A DNA stretch of 64,000 nucleotides, taken from an uncultured candidate division Zixibacteria bacterium. Its GTDB lineage: Bacteria > Zixibacteria > MSB-5A5 > UBA10806 > 4484-95. Under the pieces are notes generated by a model that was not told the DNA's origin, did not search any database, and saw only the letters and a list, made by a program, of their open reading frames with translations. Positions 8,271-20,762 of the stretch are shown one piece after another. Numbering within the stretch: position 1 is the stretch's first letter; each line of letters begins with the position of its first letter. The stretch covers positions 192,001 to 256,000 of the forward strand of contig CAXXKA010000006.1 of the NCBI GenBank assembly GCA_963668625.2, read 5' to 3'. The translations under genes were made by a program, and so were the position numbers.

Positions 8271-9326
8271 CTATGAATCTCGCCCGCCCAGCATCACACC
8301 GATAGGCTCGAGGCTTTCGACATTATCGCATACGACTTTCACCGCCGCGGTAATCGGAATTGCCAGGATAATACCGATAGCTCCCCAGAGATAACCCCAG
8401 ATTATGGAGGAGATAAGCACTGCCAGAGGATTCAAATTAACAGAATCCGAGGTTAGTTTGGGTGTTATCACATTGGATTCGAGTATCTGTACGATAGCGA
8501 ACAGCAATGCCGGAGGTATCATCGCCGTAAACGAGTTGTTGGTTATTCCTGCGATAATTATCGGGGGGATGGCTCCGATGACCGCGCCGACATAGGGGAT
8601 AAGATTCAATATGCCGGCCAGCGGCCCCCAGATGTAAGCGTACGGCACTTTCATTATTAACAGCCCGGCAGTGAATACTAACGACATGGCGATCGTAATC
8701 ATCACCTTGACATTTATGAATCCGCGCAGTTGCTTGTTTATTTCGTGAAGGATATTGGACGTGGTAGCTTTTTTATCCGTGCCGAACAGTAATTTCATTT
8801 TATCGACGAACATATCGTAGTCGCTCAGTAAAAAATAAGTGAGAAAGAAAAGCAGGAATCCCTGGAAAAGAAATGATGTTAGCGAGCCAATGCTTTTGAA
8901 GAATATTTTTCCGGCTCCCGAGAAATAGCTTGGATCCAACTGAAAATCTTTTAGCTGCGGGAAGATTCCACCCAGCTTGTTGAGATAAAAACCGATCGTA
9001 TCTTTATATTTGTTGAACGTGTCGATACCTGCCTGTTGGTATTTAGGCAGGTCTTTCGCAAGGTTGGCGAATCCGGAGATAATCACTATGGTGATGAGCA
9101 CGCCTAACACCAGTAACACCATCATGACAATAAACACGGCCAGGGCATGCGGAAATTTAATTCGTTTCAACAGGCCGATAATCGGGGCCAACGTATATGC
9201 GGTTGCGGCGGCGATAGCCATGGGTATTAAAATCGGCGCGGCAATATGAAAGAAAAAAGCGGCAGCGGAAATTGCCAGTACCGGCAAGGCGATAGAGCTT
9301 AAAGTTATCGAATTGCTGTTATTCAT
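8271..9326 (-). CDS. AI-2E (PerM/TqsA) family transporter
   Basis: Multi-TM protein with NLIPYVG, ESNVITPKL and WG..G.ILAIP motifs. GGAGG RBS before ATG 9326. Confidence 0.9.
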   Translation of the reverse strand: MNNSNSITLSSIALPVLAISAAAFFFHIAAPILIPMAIAAATAYTLAPIIGLLKRIKFPHALAVFIVMMVLLVLGVLITIVIISGFANLAKDLPKYQQAGIDTFNKYKDTIGFYLNKLGGIFPQLKDFQLDPSYFSGAGKIFFKSIGSLTSFLFQGFLLFFLTYFLLSDYDMFVDKMKLLFGTDKKATTSNILHEINKQLRGFINVKVMITIAMSLVFTAGLLIMKVPYAYIWGPLAGILNLIPYVGAVIGAIPPIIIAGITNNSFTAMIPPALLFAIVQILESNVITPKLTSDSVNLNPLAVLISSIIWGYLWGAIGIILAIPITAAVKVVCDNVESLEPIGVMLGGRDS

Positions 9327-9339
9327 AATACCTCCGCTA

Positions 9340-9789
9340 TCATTTATTATTTTCGTGTCTGAGTATGTCTTTAGCCACATCCCTGGATTGGCCGGTTAGT
9401 TTTTTTATGTCGTATCCGCGAAGTTTATCCAGCAGGTCTAAAAAATTTTCGGCCTGCAATTTTCTTATCAGCATACCCAGCGGGCGCGGTTTGAGATTCA
9501 ACGCCGCCATCCAGGAATAATGCGAGGCCATCTCATGCTTTCGCCATTTCTCCAGGGTCGGGAATTGACCTGTCTCGGCCAGAGTCGCGAGTTTCTCCTT
9601 GATTGCCTTGCCTGCTCCGGGGATTTTATCCCATTCACTATTTGACACCACCCGGTCGTATGGCTCCTCTAACGCAGACAGGGCGGCCGCGACCTTGCGA
9701 TACGAGCTTGATTTGAACGGCAGTTCGCCGGCCAGGTCAAGCAGGTCGGCCAATTCTAAAAATAATTCCGCTACTTCCCGGTTGGTCAT
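9340..9789 (-). CDS. Stand-alone PolX/Pol beta N-terminal (8-kDa, HhH) domain protein
   Basis: MTNREVAELFLELADLL...PFKSSSYRK...KIPGAGKAIKEK...ETG. No nucleotidyltransferase or PHP domain follows. Confidence 0.75.
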   Translation of the reverse strand: MTNREVAELFLELADLLDLAGELPFKSSSYRKVAAALSALEEPYDRVVSNSEWDKIPGAGKAIKEKLATLAETGQFPTLEKWRKHEMASHYSWMAALNLKPRPLGMLIRKLQAENFLDLLDKLRGYDIKKLTGQSRDVAKDILRHENNK

Positions 9790-9790
9790 A

Positions 9791-11872
<2,082 letters not shown>

Positions 11873-11963
11873 TTAAGCTTTAACTTGACACGGTATGCTT
11901 GTTTACCGTATTTTCATGAACTATGTATCAAGGATTAATCCGACAAGATTGGGAGATAAGAAT

Positions 11964-13721
11964 ATGAAAAAAGTTGCCTTTTTTATCGTACTCGTAGGCC
12001 TTATGATAACCGCCTGCCTGTTTAAGCCCTCCACCGATATGGATAAAACGAAAATGGTATTAGCCACGGTCGGAGATAAAACGGTTAACGCCGGTGAAAT
12101 GGATTCGCTGGCTATGGCGGAAGGATTTATCATTACTGATACCACCGATGTCGAACCGATCAAAGAGGCGTTACTTGATTCATTAATAGATGGTAAGCTA
12201 ATCGATATACTGAAAGATTCAATTGCCCTGACACTCAACAATGATCTCGACTTCGTCGAAAGCCGCAACCGCGAGGTCGGTAATGCCGTTTTTCGCCTGA
12301 TGTTCGAAGGCGAGGTACAGGCGGTAGTTAAGGTCGATTCCGTTGATGTTCAAAAGCATTATGATGACAACAGCGAGACATACTATACGGCCGAACAGGT
12401 CAAAGCCTCGCATATTCTCATACCGCCGCCCAGGCCCGATACCGTCGGTGTGAAATCGAAAGATAAGATAGCCGCTATAATCGAAAAGAACGATATGGAA
12501 ACGCTCGAGAGAGCTACGGCGGTTTACAAGCAGGCGATTGCCGGTGAAAATTGGGACAGCCTCGTTGTCAAATACTCTCAGGATGCTACGAATAACAAAA
12601 AGGGTGGTGACCTGGGTTATTTCGCTCGGGGACGAATGGTGGCCGCTTTCGATTCGGCCGCGTTTGCCGGCAAGGTCGGTGATATTGTCGGGCCGGTGAA
12701 AACCCGTTACGGTTACCATGTAATCAAGATTGATGATCATAAGATGCCCGAGCCGATCCCGCTGGATTCCGAGCTCAGAACCGAGATTCAGGCGTTGATG
12801 AGATCGAAGCAGGAGAAGGCTCGCGCCGATGAATTCCTCGATTCATTAAAGGCCGAGGGAATATATGAGTATAACGAGGAGGCGCTGGCCAAAGAGGATA
12901 GCCTGGTAGAACCCACCACCTGGGTTCTGGTGGTTAATAACAGCGATACCGTTTATCAACAGCGGGTGACGAAAGACTTTCCGAAATACCGCCGGTTCCA
13001 TAAAATAGATGAGTGGACTGTTGATGATAAAAAAGCTATGTTGAAAGAGGTATCGGCGACATTCCTGCTGCGCGCCGCCGGCAAGAAACTCGGTTATTAC
13101 GAGAAGCCGGGAGCACTCGATGCTAAAAACAAGTTCACCGACCGAGAGGCGACTACCAGGTCTATTAATTTTTTAAGAGATCTCGAGTACAAACCCTCCG
13201 AGGAGGAGATTGAGGCTTATTATAACGCCAATTTCGATGAGCTTTACAGGGAGAAAAAGCCGATACATGTTCAGCATATAATTTTCGAGGATTCCGCCAG
13301 AGCTATGGCGATTCGTGATTCCCTGGTTAACGGCGCCGATTTTAAGGAGATGGCTTTGAAATATTATCCGGGTGAGCCTGAAATAAGAGAGGTCGCATAC
13401 GATCTCGGGTTTATCTCGGAGGAGGAATTGGGCAAAGAGTTTTTCGACCATATCTCGGGATTAGAATCCGGTGATATCTCCATGCCTTTTAAAACCGAAT
13501 GGGGATATCATGTTGTTAGACTTGTTGATAAGAGAAAAGATAAGAAAATCGATCAGGTTCGCCCGGGAATTCGTAAAAAGTTAATGGAGGCAGCCGACCG
13601 AAAAGTTAAAGATAATTATCTAAACGCTAAACGCCAGGAAGTAGTTGTAAAGATAAATCATGACGCGGTCAAAAAATACAAATTACCAGAATCGCTGCAC
13701 TCAATCGAAATCAAACCTTGA
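11964..13721 (+). CDS. PpiC/parvulin-type peptidyl-prolyl isomerase lipoprotein (two rotamase domains)
   Basis: Lipobox-like ITAC. KASHIL, GGDLGYF, GYHVIK motifs, then a second HVQHII...WGYHVV domain. Confidence 0.88.
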   Translation: MKKVAFFIVLVGLMITACLFKPSTDMDKTKMVLATVGDKTVNAGEMDSLAMAEGFIITDTTDVEPIKEALLDSLIDGKLIDILKDSIALTLNNDLDFVESRNREVGNAVFRLMFEGEVQAVVKVDSVDVQKHYDDNSETYYTAEQVKASHILIPPPRPDTVGVKSKDKIAAIIEKNDMETLERATAVYKQAIAGENWDSLVVKYSQDATNNKKGGDLGYFARGRMVAAFDSAAFAGKVGDIVGPVKTRYGYHVIKIDDHKMPEPIPLDSELRTEIQALMRSKQEKARADEFLDSLKAEGIYEYNEEALAKEDSLVEPTTWVLVVNNSDTVYQQRVTKDFPKYRRFHKIDEWTVDDKKAMLKEVSATFLLRAAGKKLGYYEKPGALDAKNKFTDREATTRSINFLRDLEYKPSEEEIEAYYNANFDELYREKKPIHVQHIIFEDSARAMAIRDSLVNGADFKEMALKYYPGEPEIREVAYDLGFISEEELGKEFFDHISGLESGDISMPFKTEWGYHVVRLVDKRKDKKIDQVRPGIRKKLMEAADRKVKDNYLNAKRQEVVVKINHDAVKKYKLPESLHSIEIKP

Positions 13722-14358
13722 GGAAGAACTAGCCCCTGAAGGTATAAGCAGGAAAGATAAATCTTATCTCAGTTTCAGGGGCGAGCTATTCCGTAAGGGT
13801 ATACACCTGTGCTCGCTGTTAATACCTGCGTTTTATTTTCTGTTTAATTCTACTATAGTTATATCTATTCTTTTGGGCGGATTTATCCTGTTGTCCGGTC
13901 TCGATTTAGTCAGGTTGTATGGTAATTATGCCGTCCGTAAGTATCTCGGCATCGCTATAGGCTTTATGCTAAGGCCGCGAGAGCAGAAAAGTTTTTCCGG
14001 CGCAACTACTATTGTCTTTGCCGGTTTGTTGGTATACCTGTTCTACGATTTGCCGATAGCGGCCGCCTCGATGGTGATTATCATTATCGGTGATCCGGCT
14101 GCGGCTGTTATCGGAAGGATAGTGGGTAAGATTCGATTCAATAATAAGAAATCACTGGAGGGCACATTGGCGTTCATAATGTTCTCTCTTCTGGGGGTAC
14201 TGATTATACCGGGTCTCGATTTCCAACTTGGATTAGCGGGCGTCCTCGTTGGCGCTTTATTCGAAATATTGCCTGTGCCTATCGATGATAATATCAGTGT
14301 GCCGATTATCGCCGGCGGAGTAATGCAGGTTATGCTTACGTATCAGATGTTTCCCTGA
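13660..14358 (+). CDS. CTP-dependent polyprenol/diacylglycerol kinase (SEC59/DGK1/VTE5 family)
   Basis: RKGIH, GDPAAAVIGR, KKSLEGT and IDDNISVP motifs. Start codon uncertain. Confidence 0.85.
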   Translation: MTRSKNTNYQNRCTQSKSNLEEELAPEGISRKDKSYLSFRGELFRKGIHLCSLLIPAFYFLFNSTIVISILLGGFILLSGLDLVRLYGNYAVRKYLGIAIGFMLRPREQKSFSGATTIVFAGLLVYLFYDLPIAAASMVIIIIGDPAAAVIGRIVGKIRFNNKKSLEGTLAFIMFSLLGVLIIPGLDFQLGLAGVLVGALFEILPVPIDDNISVPIIAGGVMQVMLTYQMFP

Positions 14359-14524
14359 TTGTCTGAAACTTTCGACTTAGACTCGCATATAAATTTACAG
14401 AATGGTTAAGAATGTTGCGGAAACATTCGCCAAAAGTTAGTTTTTGACAACATTATGGTTGACTGATGTTGGAGAACTTATTATTATATAATAGGTCTTT
14501 TCCAAACATAGAACAGGAGGCTAT

Positions 14525-14728
14525 ATGCTCAAAGGCAAGGTAAGTTGGTTTAACGACTTAAAGGGTTATGGTTTCATCACGAGCCAGAGCTTACCTGAAT
14601 CGGTGTTTGTCCGTTTTCTGGACATTCGCACTCCTGGATATAAGACGCTTAAAAAGGGGGATAATGTATCATTTGATGTTGAGCGATCGACGCTCGGTGT
14701 AAGAGCGACTAACGTAACGAAGATGTAA
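14525..14728 (+). CDS. csp: Cold-shock domain protein
   Basis: GKVSWFNDLKGYGFI...VFV...GYKTL, with an AGGAGG RBS. Confidence 0.92.
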   Translation: MLKGKVSWFNDLKGYGFITSQSLPESVFVRFLDIRTPGYKTLKKGDNVSFDVERSTLGVRATNVTKM

Positions 14729-14781
14729 TTCGTAGACAATATTAATTTAACCTGGCTATCTTATTCGATAGTTAATAATGA

Positions 14782-14815
14782 AATAGGCCGCTGCCCCCCA
14801 GCGGCTTATTTATTT
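14782..14815 (+). terminator. Terminator-like hairpin
   Basis: AATAGGCCGCTG-CCCC-CAGCGGCTTATT. Confidence 0.55.
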
Positions 14816-14825
14816 CGGAGGCTTG

Positions 14826-15848
14826 ATGGGCGATTTTGTTGATTTGCGGTCCGATACGGTTACCCGGCCCTCTAAAGGGATGCGTGAGGCTATAGCCGGG
14901 GCGAAAGTCGGGGATGACGTGTTCGAGGATGATTATACCGTACAGGAATTGGAACGCAAAGTCGCCGATATCCTGGGCAAAGAAGCGGCCTTGTTCGTAC
15001 CCTCGGGGACTATGGCGAATCAGATATCACTGCGGGTGTTATGTAATCCCGGAGATGAGGTGATTTGCGAACGAAATAGCCATATCATTAATTATGAAGT
15101 AGCCGCCGCCTCTGCTATATCGGGTATTATGCTTTCCCCTTATGACGGCGATAAAGGCAAGCTCTCATTGTCGCAAATATCGGATGCAGTCAGAGTTCCT
15201 GATGTTCATCACCCTAATACTAAATTAGTGGCTCTGGAAAATACCCATAACAGGGCTGGTGGCGCAGTTTTAGAACTTGAGTATATCGGTGAGACCGAGA
15301 AACTGGTGCGGGAGCTTGGTCTGGGATTCTATCTTGATGGCGCCCGTCTGTGGAACGCGGCTATTTCCCTGGGCGTTGAACCCTCACAGATTGCCGGTCA
15401 TTTCGATATGGTCTCAGTGTGTTTCTCGAAAGGTCTGGGTGCGCCTATTGGCTCGGCGGTTTGCGGCAGTAAGGATAATATCATTAAAGCCCGGCGAATA
15501 AGGAAAATGCTCGGCGGCGGTATGAGGCAGGCCGGAATTATCGCCTCGGCGGCTTTATACGCGGTCAGCAATAATTATACTCGTCTGGCTGATGACCACA
15601 AACGCGCGGCATATTTCGCTGAAAAAATTGCCGGAATCGATGGTATTGAAATAGACTATAAGAGCGTTCAAACCAATATCGTGATTTTCAGCCCCAAATC
15701 GCCTGTCGATGAATTCCTGGAAAAAGCGAGGTTGAAAGGTTTATCGATGGTGCCGTTCGGTAAAAAACAGGTGCGGGCCGTGATTCATCTGGATATATCC
15801 GATTCTGATATAGAAAAAGCGGTAGAAATCATATCAAGTATTGTCTGA
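14826..15848 (+). CDS. ltaE: Low-specificity L-threonine aldolase
   Basis: DLRSDTVT, PSGTMAN, LENTHN, DGAR, SKGLGAP (PLP Lys) and GGGMRQAG motifs. Confidence 0.93.
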   Translation: MGDFVDLRSDTVTRPSKGMREAIAGAKVGDDVFEDDYTVQELERKVADILGKEAALFVPSGTMANQISLRVLCNPGDEVICERNSHIINYEVAAASAISGIMLSPYDGDKGKLSLSQISDAVRVPDVHHPNTKLVALENTHNRAGGAVLELEYIGETEKLVRELGLGFYLDGARLWNAAISLGVEPSQIAGHFDMVSVCFSKGLGAPIGSAVCGSKDNIIKARRIRKMLGGGMRQAGIIASAALYAVSNNYTRLADDHKRAAYFAEKIAGIDGIEIDYKSVQTNIVIFSPKSPVDEFLEKARLKGLSMVPFGKKQVRAVIHLDISDSDIEKAVEIISSIV

Positions 15849-15967
15849 TAACTGAATATATCCCTCCAATCGCCGATAAATTAATAAAATACAGTAATAA
15901 TCGAAGGGGGATTAGTATTAAGTCGATCCTGATTAATGTTTTTATTTTATTTATCTGGACTGCCAGT

Positions 15968-17407
15968 ATGGCGTTGGTTTATACTCATAATTATTCGGAT
16001 AAACCAACCGCTGATCTTGCATCAATAAACCAAGTATCCGATATTGAGCCGGGCACTAAGCGTTGGTATGATGTCCAGCTTAACGGTAACAAAATCGGAT
16101 ATGCCATGATGTCGTACAATAAATCCCCGTTGGGATACGTGTTTAAAGACTACTCGCTTTTGCGTATGCCGATGGCCGGTGTGATGCGTGAAGTGCTTTT
16201 GGATTTCTATGCGGTTGTCGACAAAGAGTACTCGGTGAAATCGTTCACGTTCGGATTGGCCTCCGGCGACTACACCACCGATATCTTCGGCGGCGTTCAG
16301 GGTGGCTTTCTGGAGATGGATGTTCGCACGGAAGGCGAACCCACCCATATAGCGATTCCTCTCGTGGATGGAGTATATCTTCCCGGTATGGTTCCGTTAT
16401 TATTAGCCTCGCGGGGATTTCCCGCCGGCGAGTTCGGCCTTACCAGCCTGGATCCGTTTAACCTGGCCGTGGGCGAGATGGTTGTCAGGGTGATCGGTAA
16501 GGAAAGTATAAAGGTGGATGGCGATAAATACGAGACTAACAAGATTGAAATAGAGAACTCAGGAATGAGTACCACGATGTTCGTTCTGGATGATGGCACG
16601 GTGGTCAAAGAGATCGAGACTGCCGGTATGGAAATGCATCTGACCAGCCGCGAAAAAGCGCTGGATATACCTGAGATCAATCCCGATTGGGATATCCTGA
16701 AAAGCCTGGCGGTTGGTGTCGATCGCGAACTCGATAATCCTCGCGAGGCGGCTTATATGAAAGTCGAACTTCAGGGGATAGAGAAGGCCGGATTTAATCT
16801 CGAAGATGATTTCCAGAACAAGCTTTCGGATAAACCACTGGTGATTGAGATGTCCTCCGATGAATGCGCTTTTAATGATAATGACACGGGTATCGTTAAT
16901 TTAGATAGATATCTCAAGCCCGAGAATTTCATCCAAAGCGATGATCTGAATATTATCCGTCAGGCATTACTGATAATCAAAGATATGGAGGATGATCGTA
17001 TCAAGGCGCGGGCGATTGCCGACTGGGTATATAGTAATATCGAAAAAGACTACGCAATATCACTACCCTCGGCCACGGATGTTTTAAGGGTGCGACGTGG
17101 CGATTGCAACGAGCATTCGGCATTATATACGGCGCTGGCGAGAGCTGCGGGTATCCCGACCAAGATTTGCCTGGGGGTGGTTTACAGCCAGGATATGTTC
17201 TACTATCACGCCTGGCCTGCCGTATATCTCGATGGATGCTGGATAGCTATCGATCCTACCCTGGGGCAGGAGGTTGCCGACGCCACGCATATCATGCTGC
17301 TGCAGGGGGGATATGACGCTCAGGCCAGCTTGATGAGAATAGTAGGTAAACTACAAGTTAAAGTATTAGAATATAAAACATCAACACGAGTAGCAAGCAC
17401 GCAATGA
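15968..17407 (+). CDS. Transglutaminase-like domain protein (membrane-anchored; start may be an upstream ATT)
   Basis: Catalytic triad motifs GDCNEHS, YHAW and DPT. Confidence 0.85.
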   Translation: MALVYTHNYSDKPTADLASINQVSDIEPGTKRWYDVQLNGNKIGYAMMSYNKSPLGYVFKDYSLLRMPMAGVMREVLLDFYAVVDKEYSVKSFTFGLASGDYTTDIFGGVQGGFLEMDVRTEGEPTHIAIPLVDGVYLPGMVPLLLASRGFPAGEFGLTSLDPFNLAVGEMVVRVIGKESIKVDGDKYETNKIEIENSGMSTTMFVLDDGTVVKEIETAGMEMHLTSREKALDIPEINPDWDILKSLAVGVDRELDNPREAAYMKVELQGIEKAGFNLEDDFQNKLSDKPLVIEMSSDECAFNDNDTGIVNLDRYLKPENFIQSDDLNIIRQALLIIKDMEDDRIKARAIADWVYSNIEKDYAISLPSATDVLRVRRGDCNEHSALYTALARAAGIPTKICLGVVYSQDMFYYHAWPAVYLDGCWIAIDPTLGQEVADATHIMLLQGGYDAQASLMRIVGKLQVKVLEYKTSTRVASTQ

Positions 17408-18132
17408 TTAAAATCACGAATTTGACCAAGAAGTACGGCGAGCATATTGCTGTAGATAATTTGAGTCTCGGTATAAAGCCCGGTGAACTATTCGGTTTTT
17501 TAGGACCCAACGGCGCCGGCAAAACCACCACTATCAAGATGATGACCGGGATATTGAAACCGACCGAAGGTAGTATCGAGATCAACGGGATCAATATCGA
17601 AAGCGAGCCGGAAAAAGCCAAAAAGCTCATAGGATATATCCCGGACGATCCATACCTGTACGACAGATTGAGCGCCCGCGAATATCTTCGTTTCGTCGGT
17701 GGTTTGTATAACATGGAGCCTGAGCTTATCGAGGAGAGATCGAAAGAGCTATTCGATATTTTCGGGATGAATAGTTGGGTGGACAAACATTGCGAGGAGT
17801 TTTCGCATGGTATGAGGCAGAAAATAGTATTTTGCTCGGCATTCCTTCATCGCCCGAAAGTAATGATAGTCGACGAACCGATGGTGGGGCTCGATCCGCA
17901 ATCGAGCAGGCTGGTTAAGGATATGATGAAGCAGTACGCCATTGACGGCAACACCGTATTCATCTCCACTCACGTACTTTCGGTGGCCGAGGAGCTATGC
18001 GATCGGATAGGAATAATCAACAGGAGCAAACTCATAGAAACCGGCACGTTTACTGAATTGAAAGCCAAAGCCGCCCGGGAGGACGTTAATCTCGAAACGT
18101 TGTTTTTAGAGCTAACCGAAAACAGGATTTAA
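17404..18132 (+). CDS. ABC transporter ATP-binding protein
   Basis: GPNGAGKTT, FSHGMRQK and DEP motifs. ATGA overlap with the upstream gene. Confidence 0.93.
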   Translation: MIKITNLTKKYGEHIAVDNLSLGIKPGELFGFLGPNGAGKTTTIKMMTGILKPTEGSIEINGINIESEPEKAKKLIGYIPDDPYLYDRLSAREYLRFVGGLYNMEPELIEERSKELFDIFGMNSWVDKHCEEFSHGMRQKIVFCSAFLHRPKVMIVDEPMVGLDPQSSRLVKDMMKQYAIDGNTVFISTHVLSVAEELCDRIGIINRSKLIETGTFTELKAKAAREDVNLETLFLELTENRI

Positions 18133-18135
18133 CGT

Positions 18136-19833
18136 ATGTTTCTTCTTAAGCATATTCTCGCCTATAAATATATCAATATAACCTCGTATTTGAAAGGCTC
18201 CGATCTCGAAAGGAAACTTCGCGTATATACCGGCGCTTTTATAATGCTTTTATTTTTTGCAGGAAGTTTATACTTTTTCTACTACATATTCGATTACCTG
18301 GCCGGGTTACAGGATATCGGTTTTTTGCTTATCGACAAAATTCTTTCGATAGCGTTCCTGGCAATATTCATAATGTTGATGATTTCCAATATCATAACGG
18401 CCGTCTCGACTTTGTATCGTTCGGAGGAAACGATATATTATTTTTCCACACCGGTCTCGCATCTCAAGGTGTTCGCGATAAGGTTTATCGATAATGTCAT
18501 GTATTCCACCTGGGGAGTTTTACTACTGGGCATACCTCTTATTATCGCTTATGGCATCGTTCGGGATTTCAGTTGGTGGCATTATTTCGTAGAGATTTTG
18601 TTCGTGATGATTCCCTATACGATTATACCGGCATGTATAGGCGTGGGATTTACGCTATTGTTATATTTGCTTTCGAAATACATTCATCCTCGTTCGACAT
18701 TTCTGGTAATTATTTCCTTATCGGTCGCGGTTGCCGTGGTATATTTGAAAATCGGTGGCACCTCATCGCTTGCCCATAATGTCATGACCGACTGGCGAGT
18801 ACTCAACAGGTTCTTAGGCTCGCTGGCGGCAACCTCGTTTCCGTATCTTCCGAGTTTCTGGATCGCGGAGACATTGAAAAGTATGGCCGCCAATTCGGGC
18901 AAAGATTTCGCGATTTACCTGCTCGCGTTGATATCGAATGCGCTGTTTTTACTCAGGTTCGTATTCGTATTGGCCGAGCATTGTTATTATATGAGCTGGC
19001 AAGCCTCGGTTAACCTTCATACGACCGAACCCTCGAAAGTATCGAAAGATTGGAAAGCCCCGAAGTTTTTCAGACTGCCTGCCTGGTTACCCTCCGATTT
19101 CAGGAGTGTGTTGGCCAAGGATCTGAAATTGTTCGTTCGCGATCCGGCTCAGTGGGGGCAGTTTTCGGTACTGCTGGTTCTTTTGATAATTTACCTGGTT
19201 AATCTCAGGTATTTTCCGCAAAGTATGAATGATAAGTTCTGGCGTACCGTCATCAGTTTCGCCAATTTCGCCTTTACTGGTTTTATCCTGGCGACTTTAT
19301 CGGTGCGATTCGTATATCCCAATATCAGCCTCGAGGGCAAATCATTTTGGGCCATTTCATCTTCGCCAATGACAATCAAGAAGCTTTTCTGGGAGAAATT
19401 CTGGTTGGCTTTCTTGATATTCGCTTTTATCGCCGAGGTACTGGCTGTTATCTCCAATATAATGCTGGGCCTTCAGGGCTATATGATGATACTTAGTTTC
19501 TTCTCGATACTTCTCATGTCGATTGCCTTAACCAGCTTGTCGGTGGGGATGGGCGCGGTGTTCCCTCGTTTCGAGGAATCGAATCCCGGGAGGATAGCCT
19601 CCTCGATGGGCGGAATGATTACCACCGTGCTGAGCCTGGTGTATGTTGGCTTGATGGTAATTATACTGGCGCTGCCGACATACCATTACACCTCCTACAT
19701 AATGGATGGACTGAAAAGTTTCCCGGTATATGAATTCGTGTTTGCCGGTATTTTAATGCTGGTTTTAAATTTGACAACGATCATATTTCCTATTAAAATC
19801 GGTTTGAAAAGTTTAAGCTCGAGGGATTTTTAA
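18136..19833 (+). CDS. ABC-2 type exporter permease (large, ~14 TM)
   Basis: Highly hydrophobic, with AKDLKLFVRD and ISLEGKSFW segments, downstream of the ATPase. Confidence 0.8.
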   Translation: MFLLKHILAYKYINITSYLKGSDLERKLRVYTGAFIMLLFFAGSLYFFYYIFDYLAGLQDIGFLLIDKILSIAFLAIFIMLMISNIITAVSTLYRSEETIYYFSTPVSHLKVFAIRFIDNVMYSTWGVLLLGIPLIIAYGIVRDFSWWHYFVEILFVMIPYTIIPACIGVGFTLLLYLLSKYIHPRSTFLVIISLSVAVAVVYLKIGGTSSLAHNVMTDWRVLNRFLGSLAATSFPYLPSFWIAETLKSMAANSGKDFAIYLLALISNALFLLRFVFVLAEHCYYMSWQASVNLHTTEPSKVSKDWKAPKFFRLPAWLPSDFRSVLAKDLKLFVRDPAQWGQFSVLLVLLIIYLVNLRYFPQSMNDKFWRTVISFANFAFTGFILATLSVRFVYPNISLEGKSFWAISSSPMTIKKLFWEKFWLAFLIFAFIAEVLAVISNIMLGLQGYMMILSFFSILLMSIALTSLSVGMGAVFPRFEESNPGRIASSMGGMITTVLSLVYVGLMVIILALPTYHYTSYIMDGLKSFPVYEFVFAGILMLVLNLTTIIFPIKIGLKSLSSRDF

Positions 19834-20762
19834 TGAAGAGAGTAGTAATTACAGGGGGAGCCGGTTTTATCGGTTCGCAGGTCGCGGATGCTTTGATTGC
19901 CGAGGGTAATCATGTCGAAATTATAGATAATCTATTTACCGGCAGGTTGGAAAACGTTCCTGATAAAGCTGTTTTTCACGAGGTAGATATTCGCGACAGC
20001 AAGGTCGACCATATTTTCCGTGAAGGGAAATTCGATGTCATGTACCATCTGGCGGCTCAGATGGATGTGCGCAAAAGCGTCGCTGATCCCGCGTTCGATG
20101 CCGATGCCAATATACTTGGAGGTATAAACCTTTTGCAGGCATGCCGAAAACATAAAGTAGCGAAGGTGATATTTTCCTCCACCGGCGGCGCAATCTATGG
20201 CGAGCAGGAAAGCTTCCCCGCCGATGAGAGCCACTCCCAGAATCCGAAATCACCTTATGGAATATCCAAGCTTGCGTTCGAAAAGTACCTTCAGTTTTAT
20301 CATTGGGAGCACGGATTGAATTATATAGCCCTTCGATATGCCAACGTATACGGGCCCCGTCAGCGCGGGGATGGTGAAGCTGGCGTTGTCGCGATATTTT
20401 TCAATAAATTATTGCGAGGCGAAAAGGCCGTAATATACGGTGACGGCAAACAGACTCGAGATTTCGTCTTCGTCGGAGATGTCGTTCAGGCGAACGTGCT
20501 GGCTTTGAGCTACGAAAAATGTGGAGCGTTCAATGTCGGTACCGGCGTGGAGACCGATATTAACGAGTTGTTCGATGCGATTAAAGATACGGTCGGTTCC
20601 TTGCAGGAGCAGATACACGAGCCCGCGTTACCGGGCGAGCAGCGACGCAGCGTCATCGATAATTCGCTTATCAAAAACACACTCGGCTGGAAACAAAACT
20701 ATACTCTTCGCGAGGGGCTGGCTAAAACCGGCGAGTATTTTCGCGAAAAAGTGAATGCCTGA
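19833..20762 (+). CDS. NAD-dependent epimerase (UDP-glucose 4-epimerase-like)
   Basis: TGGAGFIGS, YGISK and NVYGPRQ motifs. Confidence 0.92.
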   Translation: MKRVVITGGAGFIGSQVADALIAEGNHVEIIDNLFTGRLENVPDKAVFHEVDIRDSKVDHIFREGKFDVMYHLAAQMDVRKSVADPAFDADANILGGINLLQACRKHKVAKVIFSSTGGAIYGEQESFPADESHSQNPKSPYGISKLAFEKYLQFYHWEHGLNYIALRYANVYGPRQRGDGEAGVVAIFFNKLLRGEKAVIYGDGKQTRDFVFVGDVVQANVLALSYEKCGAFNVGTGVETDINELFDAIKDTVGSLQEQIHEPALPGEQRRSVIDNSLIKNTLGWKQNYTLREGLAKTGEYFREKVNA

